A program made the translations under genes and the position numbers. A stretch of DNA of 64,000 bases from positions 12,332 through 76,331 of the forward strand of contig NIVC01003797.1 in NCBI GenBank assembly GCA_002269645.1. The letters are read 5' to 3'. Below the pieces are notes generated by a model, which ran no database searches, was not told the origin of the DNA, and worked only from the letters and a program-made list of their open reading frames with translations. Shown piece by piece: positions 1 to 11,360 of the stretch (position 1 is the stretch's first letter; every line of letters starts with the position of its first letter). Origin of the DNA: Macrostomum lignano. Lineage: Eukaryota.

Positions 1-329
1 TTCTAAGTTTAGCCAAACTGCTTACGAATATGAGAGAAGAACTTTGAGAGAAATTCGCAGGGCCAACGTCAATTGAACTGAGACTGCCTATTTAAATCGT
101 AGCATGTTATCCATTAAGTAGTCCATGAACTGCTAATCTGCTATTCAATGTTTTTTCCTGCTTCAAGGTCCACAGGGTGTCAGCCGGGAAGTTTATTAAT
201 AAGCAATAAACCGACTCAGGGAAATATTTTTGGTGCAAATTTTTTATCGGAAATGAGAGAAGTCAATATTTACGGGTAGATTTTACGTCGGTGATATGAA
301 TTATTTTTTCTCAGTTGTATTGTCTTAAT

Positions 330-975
330 GAAAGCCCTAATAAATTTCCTAATGCATGCTCGAATTAATGCACTAATGAATGCCCCAATTAATGTCCTAA
401 TGAATGACCTAATGAATGAATGCCCTAATGAATGTCCCAATGAATGTCCTAATGAATGTCCTAATATATGAATGCCCCAATGAATGTCCTAATGAATGTC
501 CTAATGAATGTTCTAATTTATTTCTTAATGAATGTCTTAATGAATGTCCTAATGAATGTCCTAATTAATGTTCTAATTTATTTCTTAATGAATGTCTTAA
601 TGAATGTTCTAATGAATGTCCCAATGAATGTCCTGATGAATGTTTTAATGAATGTCCTAATGAATGTTCTAATGTACTTCGTATTTCTTAATGAATGTCC
701 TAATGAATGTCCTAATGAATGTCCTAATGAATGTCCCAATGAATGTCCTGATGAATGTCCTAATGAGTGTCCTAATGAATGTTCTAATGTATTTCTTAAT
801 GAATGTCTTAATGAATGTCCTAATGAATGTCCCAAAGAATGTCCTGATGAATGTCCTAATGAATGTACCAATGAATGTCCTAATGAATGTCCTAATGAAT
901 GTCCTAATGAATGCTCTAATAATTGTCCTAATGAATGCCCTAATGAATGTACCAATGAATGTCCCAATGAATTCC
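330..975. repeat. 12-bp minisatellite (AATGAATGTCCT)n, degenerate
   Basis: Directly visible tandem units. They explain the NECP/MNVL/GHSL repeat ORFs in several frames. Confidence 0.95.
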
Positions 976-1881
976 AAAGCTCCAAGGGGGCCATTTCGAA
1001 AGCAGGTGCAATATTAGAAGAAAAACATAAATTTGCTGTTCGTTTATCAGTTCCTCACCCAGCGTGCACACGTGCCAACCGCCCGACCCTAGCGAAAGTG
1101 CACGCCTGCCGCTCCCAAACAAGCTGTCACAGCCCACCAGCTGTCTCGACTGACTGCAAGAACAAAAGCGACCGAGCAGATAAACAAGCTCAGCTGTTAA
1201 GCCGTTCAGTGCATTTCTAGGCTGGTACAAAACTACTAATCCGCAATATACTTTTCTATTATATATAGTTTTTTGTTATTGGCAATAGCTGGTAGGGTTT
1301 CCCAATCGGGATTAGTATCCCACTCCCATATATTGCTAGCAGGGAGACTCGAGAAGCCCCGGGCGCATGCAGGAGGGGAGGGGAGAGAGCAGCACAATGC
1401 GATTATATCTCACATGCAGAAGTTAATCCTTCACTATCTGACTGTATTAATCTTGCGCGCAGGTTCTTGGAGGGGAAATTAACACAGACTTTACCAACTA
1501 ATGCATTGTTTTTCCCAAGCCTGTGTTTTATTACTAAGCAAGCGACACAATTGCTTTCCCCGCTCAGCTCGGGCAATAAATACTAAGAATAACAAAACTC
1601 GTCGAGAATATTATTATAAATATCAACATATTGCTTGTTTTCTTCAGGTGGACGACTTGCTTACGGCGCTGCGTGTTGCTGTACAACCAGCTGTCAACAA
1701 TGGAAAGCAGACATGAGAAACGAAAGGTGTGCAGCAGCAGCGGAGCCACTCTGGCAGGTGCAGAGAAATCCTATGTGAGCTGCTTGCTGCCCAAATGACG
1801 CTTGAGAACAATGGACTGCCGCACTAAGGGCTGAAGTTCTGCATTTTGTATGCTTGAGATTTGTTATGCAGCCTCGCCTGA

Positions 1882-2640
<759 letters not shown>

Positions 2641-4399
2641 GGTCCCTGTCTAGATGTATGGGTGTCTTTCCATCTTTCTCCATTAGTTCTGCAGCACTCA
2701 CACCTGTGCATTCAGGCGAAGGCGAATAGCTACCAGCACGCGCTGCACAAGCACATCTCATATTGCAGCCTATCTGGGCCAGTCAGCCAGCGGTTGATAA
2801 AATGCAAATTCAATACAAATGTTAGTTTTGCCTAATCTAGGTGCAACTGTGGGGCCGGCAGTCGGTCCTCAAATGGGTACCACTCCAGTATTTATCTATT
2901 TCAACATCCTTGTGCAGCTCTAAGGCTTCAATTTAGAAAAAGTGAGAAGCACTGGATAGGTGCAGTTGCCTCGGTTTCTGGCTTAGCTATCTAAATGCTG
3001 CTCGCACTTCCGGGTTGCAGTGAAGAGCGGAGTTAAGAAGCGAAAAAACCTTCAGACGTGGCAGGTGCAAGACTGTTGGCACTTGCCCTAATTGCGCCCA
3101 AATACGAGAAAGGTGCAAGCGATTTTGGTAAATTTTTCGTGACACAAAAGCTTTAAGGCGAGGGGAACAGAGACTGGCTATAGGGGGGATCATTGGCAGG
3201 TGGGATTAGAGAATAGACAAGGGAAAGTCAGTGGGAGATTATGCAGAACACCAACGACTCTTGCGCTAGGCTTAGAGAACGCAAACGCGTGACGGGTGGT
3301 GTTGGAGACCCTCGGATTTCTTCTGATCTCTCGACGCCACATCATGCAGGTCTCCTGACTCAAGCTGTCAAGAGAATGAAACTCAACCCTGTCCAGGGGC
3401 CTCGGAACCCAACATGACATGCCGCCTGTCGGCTTATAGAGCTCGGAACTCCATGACTGGCGGACTTTAGACTCCAGTAGGGCCAGCGGAGGGTCAATTG
3501 AGGTCGAGGTGCATTTTGCTGTTTTGTAACGACTTTCTAATCGTCAGGCATGTACAGTCTCTGTACCTTGGGGGTCGGGACTCATGGCTGCGAATCGCAC
3601 GACAAGCCCTAAAAGTTCAGCTTTCCCGAAAAGTTCGTCCTTGAAAGGACCCTCAAATCGGAGCAAAGGCAGAAATCCCCGGATCTTCAAGCTGCGCCCT
3701 CCCTCCCTTGCTTGTCACGTGCTCAATGGGGGCAGGAGCTAACGCTGAGAACAAAGACCCCAATTAATGCTCTCCTTGAGCAAGCGTCCATAGTCCGCAG
3801 ACATCATCTGCTGCTGGCTCTAGTTAATCCACCTGATAAAGCATACCCTATTAAACTGCTTATATCTGGGTTACAATAAAGGGCATCACTAAACCAGCTG
3901 ACTCTCTTCAACGAGCTGTCATTTCGCTACACCGCTGGGCTTGACAAGAAGCATTCCCGCAGTGGAGTGTAAACAGCCAGAACACTTGCGCAGCAGTCTG
4001 TGCACTATATAGGAAAGGATCTGGCGAGTCGATGACGGATGAGAAGCAGGACAGCTAAGCCGGCTGCTGCGTCTGGTGGCAGTGTCGAGGAGAACCCCAA
4101 CGCTACACCCTGTCAATGCGCTTTGCTTCTGTGCTCTGTGTCGCGGAATCGAGGCCAGTCAATGGAGGTCTGATAAATAAAGCACAGCCTGCAAGGGGAA
4201 ACTGGGGCTTTACAGAACAGCTGATGGCTGTTTGAGGATGTCTTGTTGAAGGGGAAACCGGGTTGAGGAACTAAGCGAAGAATAGTGAGAGGAGGGGAAG
4301 AGAGCGGAAATGCGAGTTGCTCGTACGACACGGAAATATGCGATGATTTCGCTAGTGCAGACAGACGAAGGAGTGACTGGGGAAGCTTGAAGAGAGAAA

Positions 4400-5050
4400 G
4401 AGGAACATATGAAGGACGGGCGGATGAAGGAGGGGCGGATAAGCGGCGGATGAAGGGGCAGGTGAAGGACGGGGGATGAAGGGCCGGGGATGAAGGGTGG
4501 GGCGGATGAAGGAGCAGATGAAGGATGGGGCGGATGAAGGAGCAGATGAAGGATGGGTCGGATGAAGGAGCAGATGAAGGACGGGGCGGATGAAGGAGCA
4601 GATGAAGGACGGGGCGGATGAAGGAGCAGATGAAGGATGGGTCGGATGAAGGAGCAGATGAAGGACGGGGCGGATGAAGGAGCAGATGAAGGACGGGGCG
4701 GATGAAGGAGCAGATGAAGGACGGGCGGGTGAAGGACGGGGGATGAAGGACGGGGGGGTGAAGGACGGGGCGGATGAAGGAGCAGATGAAGGATGGGGCG
4801 GATGAAGGAGCAGATGAAGGATGGGGCGGATGAAGGAGCAGATGAAGGACGGGGCGGGTGAAGGACGGGGCGGATGAAGGAAGGGGCGGATGAGGGAGCG
4901 GATGAAGGACGCGGCGGATGAAGGAAGGGGCGGATGAAGGAAGGGCGCATAAGCAGCGGATGAAGGGGCAGATGAAGATGGCGGATACAGAAAAGGACGG
5001 ATGCAGGACCGGATGAGGAAGTGTTTACTCGGGCGGATGAAGAAGGGGGC
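4400..5050. repeat. Purine-rich composite minisatellite built on GGATGAAGGA (GGCGGATGAAGGAGCAGATGAAGGAC)
   Basis: Directly visible. It is the source of the Pro/Ser-rich antisense ORFs. Confidence 0.9.
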
Positions 5051-5989
5051 AGTGCTTAGGCGACGGAGGGAAGATTCTAGCAAATAATTTTGAGTACCAG
5101 TCCGAGCAAAATACGGCAGCTGCGCACCGGAGACAGTCGACGAAGCAGCTGGAAAATCTGGATTTGAGCAGAAAATAAAGATGTGAAATCTTTCTCATCA
5201 AAGAGGAACCCTATAAGGAGAAAAAGTCTCTTTGAGCTCAAAGGCGGGAATCACGGAGGGATAAACTTTCTCGAATAGCAGAATCGCAGCCTGCAATTAA
5301 GTGATAATTACTCCATAGCCGAGTAGAAAATTGCGCCCGCCAATTTCTGAGCAAGCCTTCTGATCGGCAATCATTTCTGCCGGGCGCGCTATCCGAGACA
5401 ATAACACGCAGAGCCGCCGCCCGGAAAGGAAAACGGCCCCGGCAAAAAAGGATAACGAGCGTCGGGTTTCAAAGCGGCACCAGCGGCGGCAGGCGTCAAC
5501 AAGTTGTTCGCTGTCGGTCCTTGCGCAGCGCGTCTGCCCGGAATCACGTGCCCTTGGCCCCCCCCCCCCAGCCCGGCCTCCTCGGATCTGCAGTCAGTGC
5601 CGCGCGGGATCTGGGTAAATAAACAATTTGTTTAACTGCAGTCAGTTTAGCGGCTGTTGCAGACTCTTGTGCTGTGCGGCAGCTGCTGGGTGACTCATGC
5701 AGGCCTAAGTGGGTTCTTTAGGCTGAATTTTCCAGGGGGGTCGAATGAGATGCTTAATGAAGAGGCCGAGCTGGATGAATGAGGAACGGCTGATGCCTGC
5801 TGGAGACAGATGCAAGACGAAATGAGATTCGAGAGATGGAGATAAAAAGGGGACTTAAGACGGAGATAGGAGATCAGAGAGGGATATATAAAGATAAAAG
5901 ATGAGAAAAGAAGAGGTATATCATAAATAAAAGGATACAGATCTAAATGTAAGAGAGATGGGCTAGGCGATAGGAAAAGGGGACAGGGG

Positions 5990-6560
5990 AAGGGGACAGG
6001 CCCACCAAGAGACAGGGGCGGCCACCAAGAGACAGGGGCGGCTAACAAGAGACAGGGGCTCCCACCAAGAGACAAAGGCTCCCACCAAGAGACAGGGGCG
6101 GCTAACAAGAGACAGGGGCTCCCACCAAGAGACAAAGGCTCCCACCAAGAGACAGGGGCGGCTAACAAGAGACAGGGGCTCCCACCAAGAGACAAAGGCT
6201 CCCACCAAGAGACAGGGGCTCCCACCAAGAGACAGGGGCGGCTAACAAGAGACAGGGGCTCCCACCAAGAGACAGGGGCGGCCACCAAGAGACAGGGGCG
6301 GCCACCAAGAGACAGGGGCGGCCACCAAGAGACAGGGGCTCCAACCAAGAGACAGGGGCGGCCACCAAGAGACAGGGGCTCCCACCAAGAGACAGGGGCG
6401 GCTAACAAGAGACAGGGGCGGCCACCAAGAGACAGGGGCTCCCACCAAGAGACAGGGGCGGCCACCAAGAGACAGGGGCGGCTAACAAGAGACAGGGGTG
6501 CCCAACCAAGAGACAGGGGCGGCCATCAAAAGACAGGGGCGGCCATCAAGAGACAGGGGC
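5990..6560. repeat. 20-bp minisatellite (CCACCAAGAGACAGGGGCGG and variants)
   Basis: Directly visible; the overlapping ORFs show a 20-aa (3 x 20 bp) periodicity. Confidence 0.95.
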
Positions 6561-7079
6561 GCCAACCTAGAAGACAGGGACGGGGGGCGCCAACTAAGAT
6601 ACCAAATATTGTAGCCCTTGGGGGTTGCGGCCCCCTCCTATTAAAATTCCTGCACACGCCACTGCGGGTCAGTGGGTATTAGCGTGAACTGGACTGGGGT
6701 TATTTCGAGACACGCAAATCACATGAATTCATCTTCTATTATAGAAATGACTGACAGCAAGTGGACATGATGATCATCAACAGCTTGAGAGTATATTGTT
6801 TATCAACTATTAAATTTGGTGGTAAATCTATACATAGGCGAAAATATTTACATAGAAACTAAACACAGCCTCAGGAAATCGGTTCCTCATATTAAAAAAT
6901 ATTAAATTTGATTACAGGAACTGCACTGAAGACCCAATTTCAGTGCTGTCCCCTGGTGCATCCGTTTGGTCAACACATCCGCATAGAAATTCAGTAGGAC
7001 GTCAGGGATCTGCTAGCCGCATTAGCAGCTGAAATTAAGATTCTTGCTTTGCTGCTCGAACTTGGCACTTCACAGTCCA

Positions 7080-7282
7080 TTTTAATGGCGCCTTTAACTT
7101 CATTCTTGGCGCCTTTAGCTTCATTCCTGGCGCGTCAGTTCCATTCTCAGGGCGCCTTTAGCTCCATTCCTGGCGCCTTTAGCTTCATTCCTGGCGCCTT
7201 TAGCTTCATTCCTGGCGCCTTTAGCTTCATTCTCGGCGCCTTTAGCTTCATTCTCGGCACCTTTGAACTCCATTCTCGGCAC
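7080..7282. repeat. 21-bp minisatellite (GGCGCCTTTAGCTTCATTCCT), left part of an array split by a transposon insertion
   Basis: Same unit family as 9409-10265. The two parts join at the duplicated 8-mer CTCGGCAC. Confidence 0.9.
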
Positions 7283-9408
7283 CAGTGGCCGTAGCAAGCC
7301 CCCCCCCCTGAAATTTCGCGCCAATGCAAAAAATCGAGCTATCAGTATACGCGTTAATATAGCCCCAAAAACACCGGAGTAGGGGGCGACCCAGTCCCGG
7401 GCCCGGGCCCGAAAAGTCGGGAATCCCGACCGAAATCGTGGCCCGACCCGGGCCCGGGCCCGACCCTAAAAAAGTCGGGAAATCGGGACAAGTCTTTTTT
7501 CCCTAAAGGCACTAACTGCGTGCAAATAAGAATAAAATTATTTTTCAACATATTCACACTAATTTACGTTTAATTCCAGCCCTAGGAAAATGCAACTGCA
7601 ACTGCAACTGTCTGTGACCGTGAGTGTCAGCCACAGCAGTTTCCACTTTCCAGGAAGATCGGATTTTTTTCCAGGAAGATAAAATTAAAACAGTTTTGCA
7701 ATACTTTTTTGCAATATTGATTCCACTTTACACGCTGCAGGCTGCAGCCTAAAAGCAAAAATATGATTCTTTAAAAAGTTGATTAGTCATTTTTAAGCTT
7801 TTGTAAATAACATTTCCTATTTACATTCCAAGAAGTACCAAGGCAACCAACCAACCAAGAAGGGCCAAGGCAACCATTTTTCCAAGAAGTTTGCTATCTA
7901 TCAGTATCAGAGTTTGTAATCGTGTTCATATTTGTATCGTATTCGTAGGTAGTCGTAGTCGTAGACTCATAGTATCGTATTCGTAATCATATTCGTTTAG
8001 GTGGGTAGGTGAGCAGGTAGGCAGGTATCAGCTAATTACTTGTATTTCCATTGTCTGTTTGCCTGTTCTGTTGAGACAGTTGAGTGTTGTGTTGTGTTGT
8101 CACTTCATTTGTATTCTGCTCTGTTGTCTTGTCTTGTTGTCTTATTGAATACTGACTGTGTACATGGCTCTTTACATTGAAGCTATGTAAAGGAACTAAA
8201 AATTCAAATAAAAGAATCAATCAATTGATTTGGTTCTTACTTCCTTACTGCTTCCAATGCCAAGTGCCTTACACTTAATGCTTCAGCTTTTCTTCTTTTT
8301 GATTACTGCCACTGCCAGTGCCAGCCGCACTGCCGCAGTGCCTGCTTGCCTACCTCACTGCCTGTTAGTGTCATTGTCACTGGCACACACACAGTACTTG
8401 TGCCACACAGGGACATTGAATTTGAACTATTGAGTATATTGATATTTGAGTATTAAGTCTTTTAATGTAACTCTTATCTATTCTGAAGTCGTAACTAATG
8501 TATTAAATAATAATAATATTTATTATATTTATATATTATTATATATTTAATGTATTTATATATTATAATATATTTGATGTTTATCATATATTTATTATAC
8601 ATTTAATATATTATATTAAATTTAAAAATTCATATATTTATTATATATTTAATAGTAATCCGCATATGCTAAAAGTATTAAGATTTATTATGATTTTTTT
8701 CCAATTATTGAGCTGTCCTAAAGATCTTGTCCCGAATTCCCGAGGCCCGACCCGGGCCCGAGTCCTCATTCCCGGGCCCGACTTTGGCCGTCCCGGTCGC
8801 CCCGTACACCGGAGTGATTCTTTAAAAAAATGTATTATACTTAACAAAAATATGGAAAATTCTTATCATTCTTTGGCTAAATTCCACACCGTACCGTAGG
8901 CAATAAAGTCTGTTCCTTTATAATGATCACGCAATCATATATATTTTTATCAAAAAGATGTTGACAGTCACAACACAGTTGCGATGTCTAGCAATGTCTG
9001 CAAGTCTACGTACTACTTTGTAAGTAGTGACCAAAAATATTCCTATCATTATCTAGTGTAACTTGTAAGTCTAGTTCACAGATACTAAAACACTAGATGG
9101 TCCACTCCCTACCTTATCTCTGCAGTGCAAACTAATGCTCCTTTATTTAGCCTACTCTTTTTTGGGCACATGGAGCGCGAATTGATATTGAATTTAGTGA
9201 TGAGTCATCAGATTCGTTGTTGTTGGCCATGGACAGAAGCTCGGAACCAATAGAAACCCCTTTTCTGTGTAAAAAAAAGCAAAAAATACTTTTAAACGCT
9301 TGAAAAAGAAGTTTTTTTTCGCGCCTACTGCTGCTGCAATTTTTCGCGCCATAATCGAAATTTTCGCGTATTCGCGCCATTGTCGCGCCACACTACAGCC
9401 ACGTACTG
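7283..9408. mobile_element. Non-autonomous hAT-type DNA transposon (outer element, ~690 bp without its nested insert)
   Basis: Perfect 8-bp TSD CTCGGCAC at 7275-7282 and 9409-9416. Imperfect TIRs CAGTGGCCGTAG / CTACAGCCACGTACTG. Subterminal TTTCGCGCC repeats. 8-bp TSDs are characteristic of hAT. Confidence 0.8.
7380..8805. mobile_element. Non-autonomous hAT-type element nested in the outer element (1426 bp)
   Basis: Perfect 8-bp TSD CACCGGAG at 7372-7379 and 8806-8813. TIRs TAGGGGGCGACC / GGTCGCCCGTA. GGGCCC/CCCGA subterminal repeats at both ends, AT-rich non-coding interior. Confidence 0.85.
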
Positions 9409-10265
9409 CTCGGCACCTTTAACTCCATTATCGGCACCTTTAGCTCCATTCCCGGCACCTTTAACTCCATTCCCGGCACCTTTAACTCCATTCTCGGCAC
9501 CTTTAGCTCCATTCCCAGCACCTTTAACTCCATTCCCGGCACCTTTAACTCCATTCTCGGCACCTTTAGCTTCATTATCGGCACCTTTAACTCCATTATC
9601 GGCACCTTTAGCTCCATTCTCGGCACCTTTAGCTCCATTCCCGGCACCTTTAACTCCATTCCCGGCACCTTTAACTCCATTCTCGGCACCTTTAGCTTCA
9701 TTATCGGCACCTTTAGCTCCATTCCCGGCACCTTTAGCTCCATTCCCGGCACCTTTAGCTCCATTCCCGGCACCTTTAACTCCATTCTCGGCACCTTTAG
9801 CTTCATTATCGGCACCTTTAGCTCCATTCCCGGCACCTTTAGCTCCATTCCCGGCACCTTTAGCTCCATTCCCGGCACCTTTAGCTCCATTCCCGGCACC
9901 TTTAACTCCATTCTCGGCACCTTTAGCTTCATTATCGGCACCTTTAGCTCCATTCCCGGCACCTTTAGCTCCATTCCCGGCACCTTTAGCTCCATTCCCG
10001 GCACCTTTAGCTCCATTCCCGGCACCTTTAACTCCATTCTCGGCACCTTTAGCTTCATTATCGGCACCTTTAGCTCCATTCCCGGCACCTTTAGCTCCAT
10101 TCCCGGCACCTTTAGCTCCATTCCCGGCACCTTTAGCTCCATTCCCGGCACCTTTATCTCCATTCTCGGCGCCTTCATCTTCATCCTTGGCGCCTTCATC
10201 TTCATCCTTGGCGCCTTTGAGCTCCATTCTCGGCGCCTTTGAGCTACATTCTAGGCGCCTTTGAG
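9409..10265. repeat. 21-bp minisatellite (GGCACCTTTAGCTCCATTCCC), ~40 copies
   Basis: Directly visible; explains the APLAPFP / GAKGAGN / MELKVPG ORFs. Confidence 0.97.
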
Positions 10266-10649
10266 CTCCGTATCCGGCTGTGCATGGAAATCAAATCAAA
10301 AGACGGAAGTAGAATTTCAAGACAACCCATCAGTTTTCGCACTGCGCCAACAGCGAGACGCCAGCAGCCAAACAGATACAAAAAATCTGCTTTAGTTTAA
10401 AACTTTGGTTAAATTTTGTGAACACGAAAGAATTGCTTTGAGAAAATCAATGAAAACGGTTTCAATAATTGGTGGAATTGGTGCGGTAGTATAAAAGCAT
10501 GAGCCACACTGGCAGAAACAGTTTAATAGGGATTATACCCAGTCATCTGGTTGCCAAGCAGACTTGAATCAATTGAGCCATAGGCAGTTGCTTTATTAGT
10601 TCTTCACGGCATCATTTAGGGCTGAAAGTTTGTTTAGGATCTTAACAAA

Positions 10650-11270
10650 GCTGAAGCATTAATCCTTCAGGACAATGATTAGGCCTGAAGCATCAATCCT
10701 TCAGGACAATGATTAGGCCTGAAGCATCAAACATTCAGGACAATTATTAGGCCTGAAGCACCCATCCTTCAGGACAATGATTAGGCCTGAAGCATCAATC
10801 CTTCAGGACAATGATTAGGCCCGAAGCATCAATCCTTCAGGACAATGATTAGGTCTGAAGCAAAAATCCTTCAGGACAATGATTAGGCCTGAAGCATCAA
10901 TCCTTCAGGACAATGATTAGGCCTGAAGCATCAAACATTTAGGACAATTATTAGGCCTGAAGCACCCATCCTTCAGGACAATGATTAGGCATGAAGCACC
11001 CATCCTTCAGGACAATGATTAGGCCTGAAGCACCCATCCTTCAGGACAATGATTAGGCCTGAAGCATCAATCCTTCAGGACAATGATTAGGCCTGAAGCA
11101 CCCATCCTTCAGGACAATGATTAAGCCTGAAGCATCAATCCTTCAGGACAATGATTAGGCCTGAAGCATCAATCCTTCAGGACAATGATTAGGCCTGAAG
11201 CACCCATCCTTCAGGACAATGATTAGGTCTGAAGCAAAAATCCTTCAGGACAATGATAAGGCCTGAAGGA
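10650..11270. repeat. 34-bp hairpin-forming minisatellite (GGCCTGAAGCATCAATCCTTCAGGACAATGATTA), ~18 copies
   Basis: Each unit contains the stem CCTGAAG-N8-CTTCAGG. There are no unique spacers. Confidence 0.95.
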
Positions 11271-11360
11271 CTAAAAGAACAACTTAGGCCAGCACACAAG
11301 CCTCTGCAAATTCAACAATAAAAACGCCGATCCATCCCAGACCTTGGGACGCCTCCAGCC

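Noticed and set aside
468-1220. Cys-rich NECP-repeat ORF and overlapping repeat ORFs
   Set aside because: The 12-bp minisatellite is open in several frames on both strands; there is no independent coding evidence.
1649-1800. Possible plus-strand exon after TTTTCTTCAG
   Set aside because: No recognisable protein and no partner exons could be linked.
2987-4120. Possible decayed DIRS-type tyrosine-recombinase retroelement
   Set aside because: Only a vague resemblance in one helix; I found no RHRY catalytic motifs or RT motif, so a tBLASTx search is needed.
4210-6468. Pro/Ser-rich and WWEP-repeat ORFs
   Set aside because: Translations of tandem repeats lacking stop codons.
6560-6665. Right end of another hAT-like element (GCACACGCCACTG)
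   Set aside because: No matching left TIR or TSD was found.
9325-10264. Collagen- or antifreeze-like GAKGAGN / APLAPFP ORFs
   Set aside because: The 21-bp minisatellite is open in multiple frames and is split by transposon insertions.
10650-11270. CRISPR-like array (34-bp palindromic repeat)
   Set aside because: Units are contiguous with no unique spacers, there are no cas genes and the context is eukaryotic.
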